DNA of 64,000 nt from Macrostomum lignano (GCA_002269645.1 NIVC01003154.1:52235-116234), one strand, 5' to 3'. Shown: positions 10,701-44,810, counted from the first letter of the stretch. Program-made: numbers and translations. The notes: generated from the sequence alone by a model not told the origin.

Positions 10701-13077
10701 CTCAGATGGTCTGGAGCTGTAGTGGAGTTGCTCAGGTGGTCTGGAGCTGTAGTGGAGTTGCTCAGGTGGTCTGGAGCTGTAGTGGAGTTGCTCAGGTGGT
10801 CTGGAGCTGTAGTGGAGTTGCTCAGATGGTCTGGAGCTGTAGTGGAGTTGCTCAGGTGGTCTGGAGCTGTAGTGGAGTTGCTCAGATGGTCTGGAGCTGT
10901 AGTGGAGTTGCTCAGATGGTCTGGAGCTGTAGTAGAGTTGCTCAGATGGTCTGGAGCTGTAGTGGAGTTGCTCAGATGGTCTGGAGCTGTAGTAGAGTTG
11001 CTCAGATGGTCTGGAGCGGTAGTGGAGTTGCTCGAGCTGCAGATTTGGCCAAAATTCGCAGACTCGTGGGCTTATCTATGATCCGATAAAACCCAATTGT
11101 CTGTCCACAGGCCACCCGCTTGTCCTTGGTGGGCACCAGCGGCGGAATCTGCGGTGCCACGCCACAGAAGTCCACCCGCCTGTTGGCTCTGTGCGAGGAC
11201 AGCAGCGTCCGGCTTTACTCAAGACGCGACGGGCGGCTCCTGAGCAGCCTGCTCACTCCGCCTGACGTGTCGCCGCTCGACCGCGTACTCGACGTCTGTC
11301 ATTCCCGCGCCACCGGCCTAACCTTCGTGCTACTCGACGGCGACAGACTGTGGGTGTACTTTGCCAAGAGCAACCCAGCCTGCAGGCTTCACGCCTGGAC
11401 TATGAAAGTAAGGGGAATGAGTGAGTCACTCTATGAACTGTCTGAGAATGATTGAGTCACTCTATGAGCTGTCTGAGAATGAGTGAGTCACTCTATGAGC
11501 TGTCTGAGAATGAGTGAGTCACTCTGTGAGCTGTCTGAGAATGAGTGAGTCACTCTGTGAGCTGTCTGAGAATGAGTGAGTCACTCTGTGAGCTGTCTGA
11601 GAATGACTGAGTCACTGTGTGAGCTGTCTGAGAATGATTGAGTCACTCTGTGAGCTGTCTGAGAATGATTGAGTCACTCTGTGAGCTGTCTGAGAATGAG
11701 TGAGTCACTCTGTGAGCTGTCTGAGAATGATTGAGTCACTCTGTGAGCTGTCTGAGAATGATTGAGTCACTCTGTGAGCTGTCTGAGAATGATTGAGTCA
11801 CTCTATGAGCTGTCTGAAAATGAGTGAGTCACTCTATGAGCTGTCTGAGAATGAGTGAGTCACTCTATGAGCTGTCTGAGAATGAGTGAGTCACTCTGTG
11901 AGCTGTCTGAGAATGATTGAGTCACTCTATGAGCTGTCTGAGAATGAATGAGTCACTCTATGAGCTGTCTGAGAATGAGTGAGTCACTCTGTGAGCTGTC
12001 TGAGAATGAGTGAGTCACTCTGTGAGCTGTCTGAGAATGATTGAGTCACTCTGTGAGCTGTCTGAGAATGAGTGAGTCACTCTGTGAGCTGTCTGAGAAT
12101 GAGTGAGTCACTCTGTGAGCTGTCTGAGAATGAGTGAGTCACTCTGTGAGCTGTCTGAGAATGAGTGAGTCACTCTGTGAGCTGTCTGAGAATGAGTGAG
12201 TCACTCTTTGAGCTGTCTGAGAATGAGTGAGTCACTCTATGAGCTGTCTGAGAATGAGTGAGTCACTCTATGAGCTGTCTGAAAATGAGTGAGTCGCTCT
12301 ATGAGCTGTCTGAGAATGAGTGAGTCACTCTATGAGCTGTCTGAGAATGAGTGAGTCACTCCATGAACTGTCTGAGAATGAGTGAGTCACTCCATGAACT
12401 GTCTGAGAATGATTGAGTCACTCTATGAGCTCTATTGCATTTTTTCAAAACAACTGTAAACTAACAACCGTCTCAGGAGCTTCACGCCGCCCTGAGCGCC
12501 TCAAGCGGAACTGCCGGCCTGTCCATCAAAACACAGGAGCTGGCCAAGTCGCAGAGGGCCAGCGATTACTATCAGGGTGGCGCAGGCGGCGGCCAAAATT
12601 CCGCGCCTCGTTGCCTGCGCCTGGCCCTGCTGCGAAGTCACGTGATTCGATGGACTCTATCCAGCCTGGCGCTCGAGTGCCCGCTTGCTGAGGAGCTGCT
12701 GCTGCTGGGACTGTCGGATGGCAGGGTGCTTTTTCTGGACCCGACTGCCCCGGCAGGAAAGCTTCATCTCCAGCTGCAGGCGCACCGAGGGCCGGTGACC
12801 CGGCTGGCTTGGGACGAGCCGCACGAGTGTCTGCTTACCGGGACCGAGAATAAGGTTAGTTAGTTAGTGAGTCAGTTAGTTAGTTAGTGAGTAAGCTAGT
12901 TAGTTAGTTAGTTAGTTAGTCAGTTAGTTAGTCAGTTAGTTAGTTATTTAGTCAGTTAGTCAGTTATTCAGTTAGTTAGTCAGTTAGTTAGTCAGTTAGT
13001 TAGTCAGTTAGTTAGTCAGTTAGTTAGTCAGTTAGTTAGTCAGTTAGTCAGTTAGTTAGTTAGTTAGTCAGTTAGTC

Positions 13078-13149
<72 letters not shown>

Positions 13150-13150
13150 G

Positions 13151-13183
<33 letters not shown>

Positions 13184-16100
13184 CATGCACTCTCTACAAA
13201 CAATTATGTTAATTTCCGCAAACTCTCCACAGGGGGTCCTCACCTTGACCGTGTGGAACCTGCCCCACCTGCAGCTGATGTCGGAGATTCGTCTGCCAGA
13301 CGACTGCTGCAGCCTCACCCGCTGCGCCAGCGCTCTGGTCAGCGGACACGCCAGCGGTCACGTGATCCGCACCCGGGTGGCCACCGGCGACAGGCTGAGC
13401 GCCGCGCAGCGAGCCGCCACCCGGCCGGACCTTGACGCCGCGTTGCCAAAGACGCCGGAGCACTCGGCTGCAGTGGTGGCGATGGACTCCCTGCTCGAGC
13501 GGGACCTGCTGGCTTCGGTGAGTCTGAGTCTATTCATGTCTGCAGTTGCTGGAGATCGTGTACTTCCGCTGATTTTGCGCTGATTTGTGATGCTAGTAGC
13601 GCTGATTTGAGATGCTAGTGGCGCTGATTTGAGATGCTAGTGGCGCTGATTTGAGATGCAGGAGGCGTTGAGTTGAGATTCTGGAGGTGCCGATTCCAGG
13701 TGCTAGAGGCGCCGATTCCAGGTGCTAGAGGCACCGATGTTGAATGAAAATTCACGTAGCAATTATATAGCATTAATTCTAGTTGCCAAATTTTGCAAGG
13801 TGGACGCCAGTGGGCACATCAAGATCTGGCAGGGCGCTGAGCAGCCCCAACTGACCCTGCTGGTCGAACTCAACCTGCTCGAGTCCTTGACGGCGGCGGC
13901 GTTTTTGAATTCACGCGGCGACCTGCTGCTATCGATGCGGAACCACCTGTTCCTGCTTCCGTTCCGGCGATGTCAGTTGGCAGTATTTTGTAACATTGCA
14001 TGTCTAACATCCTTGAGAATTTCTGTCTAACAACTGTGAGAATTTCTGTCTAACATCTGTGAGGATTTCTGTCTAACAGGATATGAGTTTTGACACATGG
14101 AATCTCACAGGGTTTCAACCAACACATTCCAGACCTGCCCCAAGTGGTGTGGCCGGAGGCTGAATCGACTGAAGATGACGACAATGGAAGCAAAGCAGGT
14201 AAAATAGGGATTTTTTAATTTTCTTAATGAAGAATGATAAACTTAGAAAAAAATTCATACCCTCTACTTAAAGTAGTTGAAAATGAAAATCATCATTCCA
14301 GCAGCTTGATGACAAGTAAGTAGATGGCTAAAATATGGTAAATAACGTTTAATACACCCGAATAAACATGATCGATCACAATGCTGGATATTATTCAACT
14401 GAATCACGTGACTTACATTAAATGAACTATGAATTTTAGCTTCAGTTCTGTGCCTATACTTCTGCTAGAAATGCTACTATTGCTTGCTTCTATTCAATGT
14501 ACAGGCTTATCTTATCTGTGACAGCCGATTTTCTCTCATGATACAATTAACTTTAAATTTTTATTGCATGCCTCACAGCCAGCACTGGGCCTCTTTTAAT
14601 TAGCTGATAATTAACTATTTCGATCAATTTTATTAGTTTATTAGTCTCTTATCGTCGATTATATAATTTTGTGCTCAATTAATTACCTGTGTTAGTTGTC
14701 ACAGCCTAATTTGGACCCGCAGAGTCTGACATACTCGAAGATCCCGCTGTCGTTCACGAAGGAATTCAACAGGATCCGAATCCCATCGATTATGACTCTT
14801 ATCTGGTATGCTGCGACTCTGTTGCATAGGCCAATCTTAATTACCAACTTTTGAACATGTTTTCAATGCTATTAGTATGTATAACTTCCCTTCAGAGTGA
14901 CCTCCCTTCAGAGTGACCTCCCTTCAGAATGCCCTCCCTTCAGGATGCCCTCCCTCCAGAGTGACCTCCCTTCAGAGTGACCTCCCTTCAGAGTGACCTC
15001 CCTCCAGAGTGACCTCCCTTCAGAGTGCCCTCCCTCCCGAGTGCCCTACCTCCAGAGTGCCCTACCTCCAGAGTGCTCTCCCTTCAGAGTGCCCTCCCTT
15101 CCGAGTGCCCTACCTCCAGAGTGCCGTCCCTTCAGAGTGCCCTCCCTTCCAAGTGCCCTACTTCCAGAGTGCTCTCCCTTCAGAGTGCTCTCCCTTTAGA
15201 GTGCCCTTACTGCCCTACCTCCAGAGTGACCTCCCTTCAGAGTGACCTCCCTCCAGAGGGACCTCCCTTCAGAGTGACCTCCCTTCAGAGTGACCTCCCT
15301 CCAGAGGGACCTCCCTTCAGAGTGACCTCCCTTCAGAGTGACCCCCCTTCAGAGTGACCTCCCTCCAGAGTGACCTCCCTTCAGAATGCCCTACCTCCAG
15401 AGTGCCCTCCCTCCAGAGTGACCTCCCTCCAGAGTGACCTCCCTTCAGAGTGACCTCCCTCCAGAGTGACTTCCCTCCAGAGTCACCTCCCTTCAGAGTG
15501 ACCTCCCTTCAGAGTGCCCTCCCTCCAGAGTGACCTCCCTCCAGAGTGACCTCCCTTCAGAGTGCCCTCCCTCCAGAGTGACCTCCCTCCAGAGTGACCT
15601 CCCTTCAGAGTGACCTCCCTCCAGAGTGACCTCCCTTCAGAATGCCCTACCTCCAGAGTGCCCTCCCTCCAGAGTGACCTCCCTCCAGAGTGACCTCCCT
15701 TCAGAGTGCCCTCCCTCCAGAGTGACTTCCCTCCAGAGTCACCTCCCTTCAGAGTGACCTCCCTTCAGAGTGCCCTCCCTCCAGAGTGACCTCCCTCCAG
15801 AGTGACCTCCCTTCAGAGTGACCTCCCTCCAGAGTGACTTCCCTTCAGAGTGACCTCCCTTCAGAGTGCCCTCCCTCCAGAGTTGGCCTTCTCTCCAGAG
15901 CTAACCTTCCTTATATTCTAATTTAAGCTGAAGTTAAAGTCACACAAAGCCGCTCTCGGTACGTCCTTCAGGCCCCATTCAGCGTGAAGCTCATCAAAGA
16001 CTACTTGAATACGTCAGAGTTCTTGGCTGCCGACCTGCTCTCCGCTCGCGAAGCCGAAGAAGAACGAAAGGTAAGCCAAGCATAAACTGAGTATTTACAG

Positions 16101-16218
16101 CTCTGTACTGCTACCTTTGCAAGCAAACAGATGCTACTAAGGTAGGTCTAGTTTGAGTATTTTAAGCAAACATTTGGCAAAGCACTGCAGACTCGACTTA
16201 AACCTCTAATACTCTCTC

Positions 16219-16274
<56 letters not shown>

Positions 16275-17819
16275 CTTCGGCACCAGAGAACTGAAGGAGA
16301 GGCGGCGGCTAACGAAGAAGGCGAATCAGACGGAGAACCCGAAGATGATGAAGAGGAGAGCTCGTGCAGCCTGACCAGCCTGCTCATCTCGGCCTCCGAC
16401 CGGGCCAATTCCGCTCTGGCCGACGGTTCCACAACTTCGCTGGATTTGGAACAGCTGGCAGAGGCTACTCAGAACCTGGACCAAGAAGTTGAAAGTGAGT
16501 GTATTGATAAATGCATGTACATCAGTGACATAAATTCAGGAAGAAACATTCGTGGGAATGGTCGGCACATCAAAAGGTTCATTAGCGAGAGGTGTCGGCA
16601 CATCAAAAAGGATCATTAGGGAGAGGTGTCGGCACATAAAAAGGGATCATTAGCGAGAGGTGTCGGCACATCAAAAGGGATCATTAGCGAGAGGTGTCGG
16701 CACATCAAAAGGGATCATTAGCTAGAGGTGTCGGCACATCAAAAGGGATCATTAGCTAGAGTTGTCGGCACATCAAAGAGATCATTAGCGAGAGGTGTCG
16801 GCACATCAGAGAGATCATTAGCGAGAGGTGTCGGCACATCAGAGAGATCATTAGCGAGAGGTGTCGGCACATCAGAGAGATCATTAGCGAGAGGTGTCGG
16901 CACATCAGAGAGATTAGCGAGAGGTATCGGCCCATCAAAGAGATCATTAGCAAGTTGTGTCGGCGATCATTAGAGAGGCGATTAGGCGTGTCGGCACATG
17001 TTAAAACGATCCTTGATGAGATTTTTCTACGCAGCAAGGGATCCTTAATGAATGTTTTCGGCACATCAAAGGATCAGGGTCATCAATAAATAAAGGGTTG
17101 TCAATGCATAAAAAATAACACGTAAGAACCGTGCACACAAATCATGAAAATTAGATACATTATACTGCACTATAAAGTCGCTTGCGGTAGAAGTATGCAG
17201 CCCACAGGAGGGTTCTGGACTAAATTTTTTTATGATCGCAGAAATGGGAAGAAACTTCGTCTATAGATGCTGCTTTGTTGGGACTTCCTCTCAGTATGAA
17301 TTCACCATTCATTCACCATCCTTGCACCACAAAGAGATCCCCTCAATGCAGATGGAGCGTTCCACTCTTGGATTGAATGCCATTTTTCAGACATCCCGTC
17401 ATCAACCAGAGCTCCAAGACTATAATAATTTTTCATCCCTACTCTACTATGCAAGAGAGGGAGTCCATTGTGCGACTGACTGGGGCAGGGGGCTGGAGCG
17501 GAAATCTCAATCAGTATTGCAATAAAAAGCAGAAAAGACGCCCACCAGGTCTGCAGCTCGCATCCAATTGTACTGAACCCGCAGGCTTAACCAGCCAGAG
17601 GTGCTGGCAGTTACCTCGTTTCGGCGAGTCGCCTGGAGCCGTCAGTGTCAGCCCAGAGCCTTCGGAGACCCCAACTCCGCCTGAGCAGCCACAGCAGCAG
17701 ACTCAACCAGAGGCTCCATCAGAGAAGCCTCTGACACCGCAGCCGCTCCAGTCAAAGCCAGCCGCAGCAGCTCCTCAAGCGGCTTCTCGACCGGACAACA
17801 AGCTGATTCAGTCCTTCAC

Positions 17820-17894
<75 letters not shown>

Positions 17895-20261
17895 AAAACC
17901 TGCCGCGCCGTCTCCCGCTGTGCTCAGCCAGCAGACAGTCAGGCAGCCGCTGGCGCCCAGCGCAGTCAGCCTGGGCTCCGGCCTGCCCGCCGCTTCCGAC
18001 AAGCCGAAGCCGCAACGCCGTCCGGCGCCAACAAAGAAAGCTAAAAAGCAGCAGCAGCAATCGAAAAAGAAGCAGAAAGCAACTCCGGTTGAAACGCCTG
18101 CCGCCGCTGACCGTTTCGAGGTTGAAGTCGTTCCGTTCTCAGTGACAATGCCACTGCCGGATGTTCAGGCGCAACCGTCGCAAGAGCAACAGCGACCAAA
18201 GCAGCCACAACCGCAGCCGCAGCCGCAGCCGCAGCCGCAGCCGCAAAGAACGTCTCGATCTCTGGTCGTGGAAATTCCCAGCCTGCCGATTCTCACACCG
18301 AAAGAGCCGGCGACCTCGTCCGATGCTACTGGGGCAGACAAGAGACACGCCAGCGATAAGGTTGGAGTTGTTTGGCAAGAAGTTTACCCGCAAATATACG
18401 AGTGTACGCATTATAACTCATCCAAAACACTTTTGATTTCTACAGCATCCGCAGAGGCCACGGGCGGCTCTGCTGTTCAGCGCGTCGAGTCGGCCAGAGT
18501 CGGCCACAGCTGCAGGTAGGACATTGAAAGTGCTCCTGAAATTGACAGAGCGGTAACGTACTCAAGGCAGAGGCTGTGGTGCAAATTAATCACACTTTCT
18601 CAGAAGATGAGAAATTTTCGTGCAGTTGTCAATGTTCGTCTGTTCGTGTTTACGGGTAATTACCTACGTCTTGTGTACCGCATCGGTTTAATAAAGGACA
18701 CGAATTGCTTTGTAAAATTTAAATCCATGCCAATGGCTACCCATATATTCTCCGATGCAGAAGACGGCTCTATGGGTATCAAAACCGACTTAGTAGAGGA
18801 CCCGACGAAGACATCCTCGACTACACCGGCTCCACCGACGATGGTCACGGAGGAAGACCAACCGGATGAGTTGGGAAGCTTGTTGGCAGCTGGCGGAAGC
18901 GCTAGCAGATCATCGCCGACTCAGCAGCTTGACGGCTACGCACAGCTTCACGAGCAGCGGGAGCAGCTGGAAGCTCTGCGCTCCGAATACGATCGCCTCG
19001 CCAAGAAAGTTGCAGCCGATTTCGGCAGCTCGGATGGGTGAGAGGCAGAGGCGACAGTGCTTTAGTGACTCAGATTGCATTGAATTGCACTGATTAGGCT
19101 GCAATTCTACTTAGCAAGCAGTTTCTCTACTATAAGTAGTATAAAAACTCGTCAGCTCCCCTCCGCAACCCCCGCAGCAAGCTGCCAACGCGACAGTTCG
19201 GCTTGAAAAGCCTCAGCCCGGAGGAGCTGGTATCGCTGCACAGCCTCAAGCGGCTGGAGCGCGGCCTTCGCGAGCGCAGCGCCCTGCAACGCAAAGCCGA
19301 GCTGCGACTCGCCCGCCTGGCCAGCTGGGAAGCCCGGCCGAATCACGGCGACTGCGTCGCTCCATCGTCGGCGTCGGCGTCGGCATCGGCGTCAAGGTCG
19401 ACGTCGCGCACCGGCACAGCGTCGGAGTCTCAGCGTCATCGCCTGCGCTCGCAGTCGGCCACCGAGACTCGTCTCTCGGCCTTCCAGGCCAGCCGGGAGG
19501 CTACGGAGCTGCAGCTTCAGCAGCAGCAGCAGCGGGCGCAAACTCCGGCGGCGTCGGCCTCCTCAAAACGGTTCGGCGCCTTGCCGCAGACGCCCTATCG
19601 GCTTCGAGGACTACAGCAGAATTATTCTACTGAGGATGGCAGATTCAACAGTCGGGGCGGCCAGTTCAACAGAGACGACGCCCAGCCTGCGAATCCGTTC
19701 AGCCTGATGCGCCTCAGACACAGCGCTGCGTCCATTCCCAGCAGGCAATAGTGAGTGAGGCGTATGCGGCAATTGATGACTGTTTCAACTGGGTTTTTTG
19801 ATTGGCCTGTGCCTTCAAGGTCACTTGGAAATTTGTGCTATTTTTAGAAACCCGAAACTATAACCAATCAACTTTCAAGGTCAATGTTGTCAGGATTGGG
19901 GCTATTTATGTGTCTATTTTTAGAAACTCTTTCTTGTCAATCCGACTCTCCGATTGGCTGTCTCTTTCAAGGTCAAATCTATAGTTTCTATTTTTAGCAA
20001 CAATTTTTTATACTACAAGGGCTCTGTGACATCTGCTGTTATTTCAGCACCTACGTGACACCGCCGCCCAGAATGGATCAGCTGCACCAGGCGAGTTCAA
20101 TCGACGCCGCCGTCACGGATGCCGCTCCTTTGTCGGTGCCCAGCCTTGCCGAGGAGCGTCTCATCCGACGTCGCTTCCCGAATCGCGTGGCCGACTGGGT
20201 GGGGCCTGGTGGAGTTTTCGCGCCCAAGCCGTGGACTTTTGCGATTGGCGGACAGCACTGA
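7727..20261 (+). CDS. Large WD40-repeat protein, WDR87/WDR97-like, with Q/P/S-rich C-terminal half (~1522 aa)
   Basis: 20 phase-consistent GT-AG exons: 7727-7886, 8010-8096, 8166-8211, 8251-8296, 8375-8494, 9041-9267, 9797-10181, 11111-11407, 12477-12854, 13233-13517, 13800-13971, 14133-14198, 14723-14805, 15972-16070, 16287-16494, 17585-18360, 18446-18515, 18761-19037, 19178-19750, 20048-20261; total 4569 nt, divisible by 3. WD motifs: LVTSSMDTEVKLWN, GHSQGIT...TASLDGSVRLWS, AHRGPVTRLAWD, VDASGHIKIW. Start codon and family assignment are inferred from recalled motif order. Confidence 0.85.
8606..8882. repeat. Dispersed repeat with internal ~45-bp inverted arms; inverted copy at ~46275-46520
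   Basis: 8606-8650 and 8807-8852 are inverted copies; the reverse complement of 8655-8882 aligns with 46275-46520. Confidence 0.8.
9361..9783 (+). mobile_element. hAT-like MITE with purine-rich interior, copy 1 (WD40 gene intron 6)
   Basis: Left end CAGAGGTCGACAACTTTTTT..AGGGCCAG; right subterminal GAGGGCCGGATAGAGAGGCTTCGCGGG (9737-9763) is identical to the reverse complement of 31561-31587. No TSD seen. Confidence 0.6.
10250..11035. repeat. 30-bp minisatellite with 17-bp sub-array (WD40 intron 7)
   Basis: GTAGTGGAGTTGCTCAGATGGTCTGGAGCT units. Confidence 0.95.
11415..12432. repeat. 31-bp minisatellite (WD40 intron 8)
   Basis: GAGTCACTCT(A/G)TGAGCTGTCTGAGAATGA(G/T)T units. Confidence 0.95.
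12855..13183. repeat. (TTAG)n/(GTCA) microsatellite (WD40 intron 9)
   Basis: Starts at the donor GTTAGT. Confidence 0.95.
13583..13740. repeat. Short ~22-bp degenerate repeat (WD40 intron 10)
   Basis: GCGCTGATTTGAGATGCTAGTG units. Confidence 0.75.
14885..15890. repeat. 17-bp minisatellite (WD40 intron 13)
   Basis: CAGAGTGACCTCCCT(T/C)C units. Confidence 0.95.
16213..16269. repeat. (CT)n microsatellite forming a polypyrimidine tract
   Basis: Directly upstream of the acceptor at 16286. Confidence 0.9.
16560..16995. repeat. 33-34-bp minisatellite (WD40 intron 15)
   Basis: CATTAGCGAGAGGTGTCGGCACATCAAAAGGGAT units. Confidence 0.9.
17821..17892 (+). repeat. Uninterrupted coding (CAG)24, polyglutamine
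   Basis: 24 consecutive CAG codons within exon 17585-18360. Confidence 0.95.
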
Positions 20262-20450
20262 GTGACTGATTGCATCTGGCGTATAATTTCACTCAGCATG
20301 TCTGAAGTTTATCACTAAATCTTTGTCCAACCTTGCTAAATAAACAAAACTATGACAACTGGACCAATTAAATCACATTTTTATAACGTTCTGCAGTGAT
20401 TAAAAGATTTTCTACCGGTTTCCATAATTTTTTTAACAAATTTAATTCGT

Positions 20451-20456
20451 AATAAA
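20451..20456 (+). terminator. Candidate polyadenylation signal of the WD40 gene
   Basis: AATAAA ~190 nt after the stop codon. Confidence 0.4.
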
Positions 20457-20569
20457 ACGTGATAGAGAGTATCGCAGCATTATAGATGGGATAGAAACAC
20501 TATGCTCTGAAGTTATAAATATCCACTCAAGCTTACAACTGTCGATTCTCACTCATTCAGCATCGTCCT

Positions 20570-21633
20570 TCACTCAGTATCGACACTCATTCAGTATCGA
20601 CACTCAATCAGTATCGACACTCAATCAGTATCGACACTCAATCAGTATCGACACTCCATCAGTATCGACACTCAATCAGTATCGACACTCCATCAGTATC
20701 GACACTCAATCAGTATCGACACTCCATCAGTATCGACACTCAATCAGTATTGATACTCAATCAGTATCGACAATTAATCAGTATCGACACTCAATCAGTA
20801 TCGACAATCAATCAGTATCGACACTCAATCAGTATCGACACTCAATCAGTATCGACACTACCTCAGTATCGACACTCCATCAGTATCGACACTCAATCAG
20901 TATCGACACTCAATCAGTATCGACACTCACTCACTCAGTATCGACACTCAATCAGTATCGACACTCAATCAGTATCGACACTCAATCAGTATCGACACTC
21001 AATCAGTATCGACACTACCTCAGTATCGACACTCCATCAGTATCGACACTCAATCAGTATCGACACTCAATCAGTATCGACACTCACTCACTCAGTATCG
21101 ACACTCAATCAGTATCGACACTCAATCAGTATCGACACTCAATCAGTATCGACACTCAATCAGTATCGACACTCAATCAGTATCGACACTCAATCAGTAT
21201 CGACACTCAATCAGTATCGACACTCAATCAGTATCGACACTCAATCAGTATCGACACTCAATCAGTATCGACACTCAATCAGTATCGACACTCAATCAGT
21301 ATCGACACTCAATCAGTATCGACACTCAATCAGTATCGACACTCACTCACTCAGTATCGACACTCACTCAATCAGTATCGACACTCACTCACTCAGTATC
21401 AACACTCAATCAGTATCGACACGCAATCAGTATCGACACTCAATCAGTATCGACACTCAATCAGTATCGACACTCATTCAGTATCGACACTCAATCAGTA
21501 TCGACACTTACTCACTCAGTATCGATACTTACTCACTCAGTATCGACACTCAATCAGTATCGACACTCAATCAGTATCGACACTCATTCAGTATCGACAC
21601 TCAATCAGTATCGACACTTACTCACTCAGTATC
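20570..21633 (+). repeat. 17-bp minisatellite, intergenic
   Basis: ATCAGTATCGACACTCA units. Confidence 0.95.
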
Positions 21634-21834
21634 AGCATTCACTGCGAAAAAATAATTGTAGAAGTTTAAAGTACTCATAGACAGTAAATATTTGGGTCGA
21701 TCAACAGTTAAAAAGTCCTGTTACCTACTAGCGACAATATATAGGTAAGAAAAATATAGAATGTTTAGGACAACAAGAGTAGGGTAATATTTTTTCATAT
21801 TGTTGATAAAACTGTATATTTGACTAATTTAGAG

Positions 21835-22420
21835 GATCTTGACGCACTGATTACTGTAGGATCTTGACCCACTCAGTACTGTAGGATCTTGACCCACGGA
21901 TTACTGTAGGATTTTGACCCACTGATTACTGTAGGATCTTGACCCACTGATTACTGTAGGATCTTGACCCACTCAGTACTGTAGGATCTTGACCCACTGA
22001 TTACTGTAGAATCGTGACCCACTACTGTAGGATCTTGACCCACTGATTACTGTAGGATTTTGACCCACTGATTACTGTAGGATCTTGACCCAGTCATTAC
22101 TGTAGGATCTTTACCCACTCAGTACTGTAGGATCTTTACCCACTCAGTACTGTAGGATCTTGACCCACTGATTACTGTAGGATCTTGACCCAATCATTAC
22201 TGTAGGATCTTGACCCACCTATTACTTTAGAATCCTGACCCAGATTACTGTAGGGACTTGACCCACTCAGTACTGTAGGATCTTGACCCACTGATTACTG
22301 TAGGATCTTGACCCAATCATTACTGTAGGATCTTGACCCACTCAGTACTGTAGGATCTTGACCCACTAATTACTGTAGGATCTTGACCCACTGATTACTG
22401 TTGGATCTTGACCCACTCAA
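21835..22420. repeat. 25-bp minisatellite, intergenic
   Basis: CACTGATTACTGTAGGATCTTGACC units. Confidence 0.95.
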
Positions 22421-22513
22421 CTTGAAGAACCCACTGCATGGCCAAAAATACAATTAATTAATTTTTTCACATACTCTCCCCCCTGTTTTACACTGGCCGC
22501 CATTCATTAAAAG

Positions 22514-22519
22514 TTTATT
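22514..22519 (-). terminator. Candidate polyadenylation signal of TRPA1
   Basis: AATAAA on minus, ~145 nt after the stop at 22664. Confidence 0.4.
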
Positions 22520-22663
22520 ATCGAAAAAATGAACTTCAAAAAGCAAACTTCATGTATTTAATGTGTGCCAAGTGGACATACCTGTTGAAATTTCGGGGTA
22601 ACCATTTCTAAAGAAGATTTCCTGATTGGTCAAGATCCGGCCCCTTACCCACAAAGAGCCTCA

Positions 22664-43307
<20,644 letters not shown>

Positions 43308-43334
43308 CTGGAGGGGGAGGGCACAGCCGAGACT

Positions 43335-43745
43335 AACAATTAGCCTACGAGTTAGGCCATCAATTAGAGTAATAATTAGCCAACGAGTTAGGCAATCAAT
43401 TAGACTAATAATTAGTCAACGAGTTAGGCAATCAATTAGATTTATAATTAGCCTACGAGTTAGGCAATCAATTAGATTTATAATTAGCCTACGAGTTAGG
43501 CAATCAATTAGACTAATAATTAGCCTACAAGTTAGGCAATCAATTAGACTAACAATTAGCCTACGAGTTAGGCCATCAATTAGAGTAATAATTAGCCAAC
43601 GAGTTAGGCAATCAATTAGACTAATAATTAGCCAACGAGTTAGGCAATCAATTAGATTTATAATTAGCCTACGAGTTAGGCAATCAATTAGACTAATAAT
43701 TAGCCTACAAGTTAGGCCATCAATTAGACTAATAATCAATTAGGC
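43335..43745. repeat. 36-bp minisatellite
   Basis: TTAGCCTACGAGTTAGGCAATCAATTAGACTAATAA units. Confidence 0.95.
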
Positions 43746-44029
43746 TAACAGTTAGGCTATCAATTAGAATAATGATTGGGCTTTTGAGTGGGTTGTCAGA
43801 CAGCACCACGAAGTAAGAATATCTATTGTGCTGTTAGGGATTAAAATAAAAACCGGCCGTTTAAATAGGCTACTGATTAGACTAACGAAAAGACAAAAAA
43901 AATAAGGTACTCACTTAACTACCTTTTAGACTAATAAATAAGCTATCAATTAGACTGCCAAATAAACTACTAATTTGGCCTATGAAGACTATGAATTAGG
44001 TTACACGAGGGTAAATTAGACTACAAATT

Positions 44030-44810
44030 ATACTATAAATGATACTACGAAGTAGACTATAAACTTAACTACGAATAAAACTATAAATTAGACTACGAAT
44101 AAAACTAAAATTAGACTACGAATAAAACTAGAAATTAGACTACGAATAAAACTAGAAATTAGACTATGAATAAAACTAGAAATTAGACTATGAATAAAAC
44201 TATAAATTAGACTACGAATAAAACCAGAAATTAGACTACGAATAAAACTAGAAATTAGACTACGAATAAAACTAGAAATTAGACTACGAATAAAACTAGA
44301 AATTAGACTACGAATAAAACTAGAAATTAGACTATGAATAAAACTAGAAATTAGACTACGAATAAAACTAGAAATTAGACTACGAATAAAACTAGAAATT
44401 AGACTACGAATAAAACTAGAAATTAGACTACGAATAAAACTAGAAATTAGACTACGAATAAAACTAGAAATTAGACTACGAATGAAGCTATAAATTAGAC
44501 TACGAATAAAACTAGAAATTAGACTACGAATAAAACTAGAAATTAGACTACGAATAAAACTAGAAATTAGACTACGAATAAAACTAGAAATTAGACTACG
44601 AATAAAACTATAAATTAGACTACGAATAAAACTAGAAATTAGACTACGAATAAAACTAGAAATTAGACTACGAATAAAACTAGAAATTAGACTATGAATA
44701 AAACTAGAAATTAGACTACGAATAAAACTAGAAATTAGACTACGAATAAAACTAGAAATTAGACTACGAATAAAACTAGAAATTAGACTACGAATGAAGC
44801 TATAAATTAG
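44030..44810. repeat. 24-bp minisatellite
   Basis: ATTAGACTACGAATAAAACTAGAA units. Confidence 0.95.

Noticed and set aside
14111-14132. Acceptor at 14110 for WD40 exon 12
   Set aside because: Phase mismatch with the 13971 donor; the acceptor at 14132 restores the frame (RRYLPQ).
17235-17300. Minus-strand peptide SSIYRRSFFP resembling a LINE ORF2 C-terminus
   Set aside because: Too short, with no upstream RT motifs; cannot be supported without a search.
20750-21655. 301-aa ORF (SISIDTQSVSTLNQYRH)n, and the similar tail of ORF 24876-25859
   Set aside because: Translation of the 17-bp array; only 25901-25536 of the second ORF is exonic.
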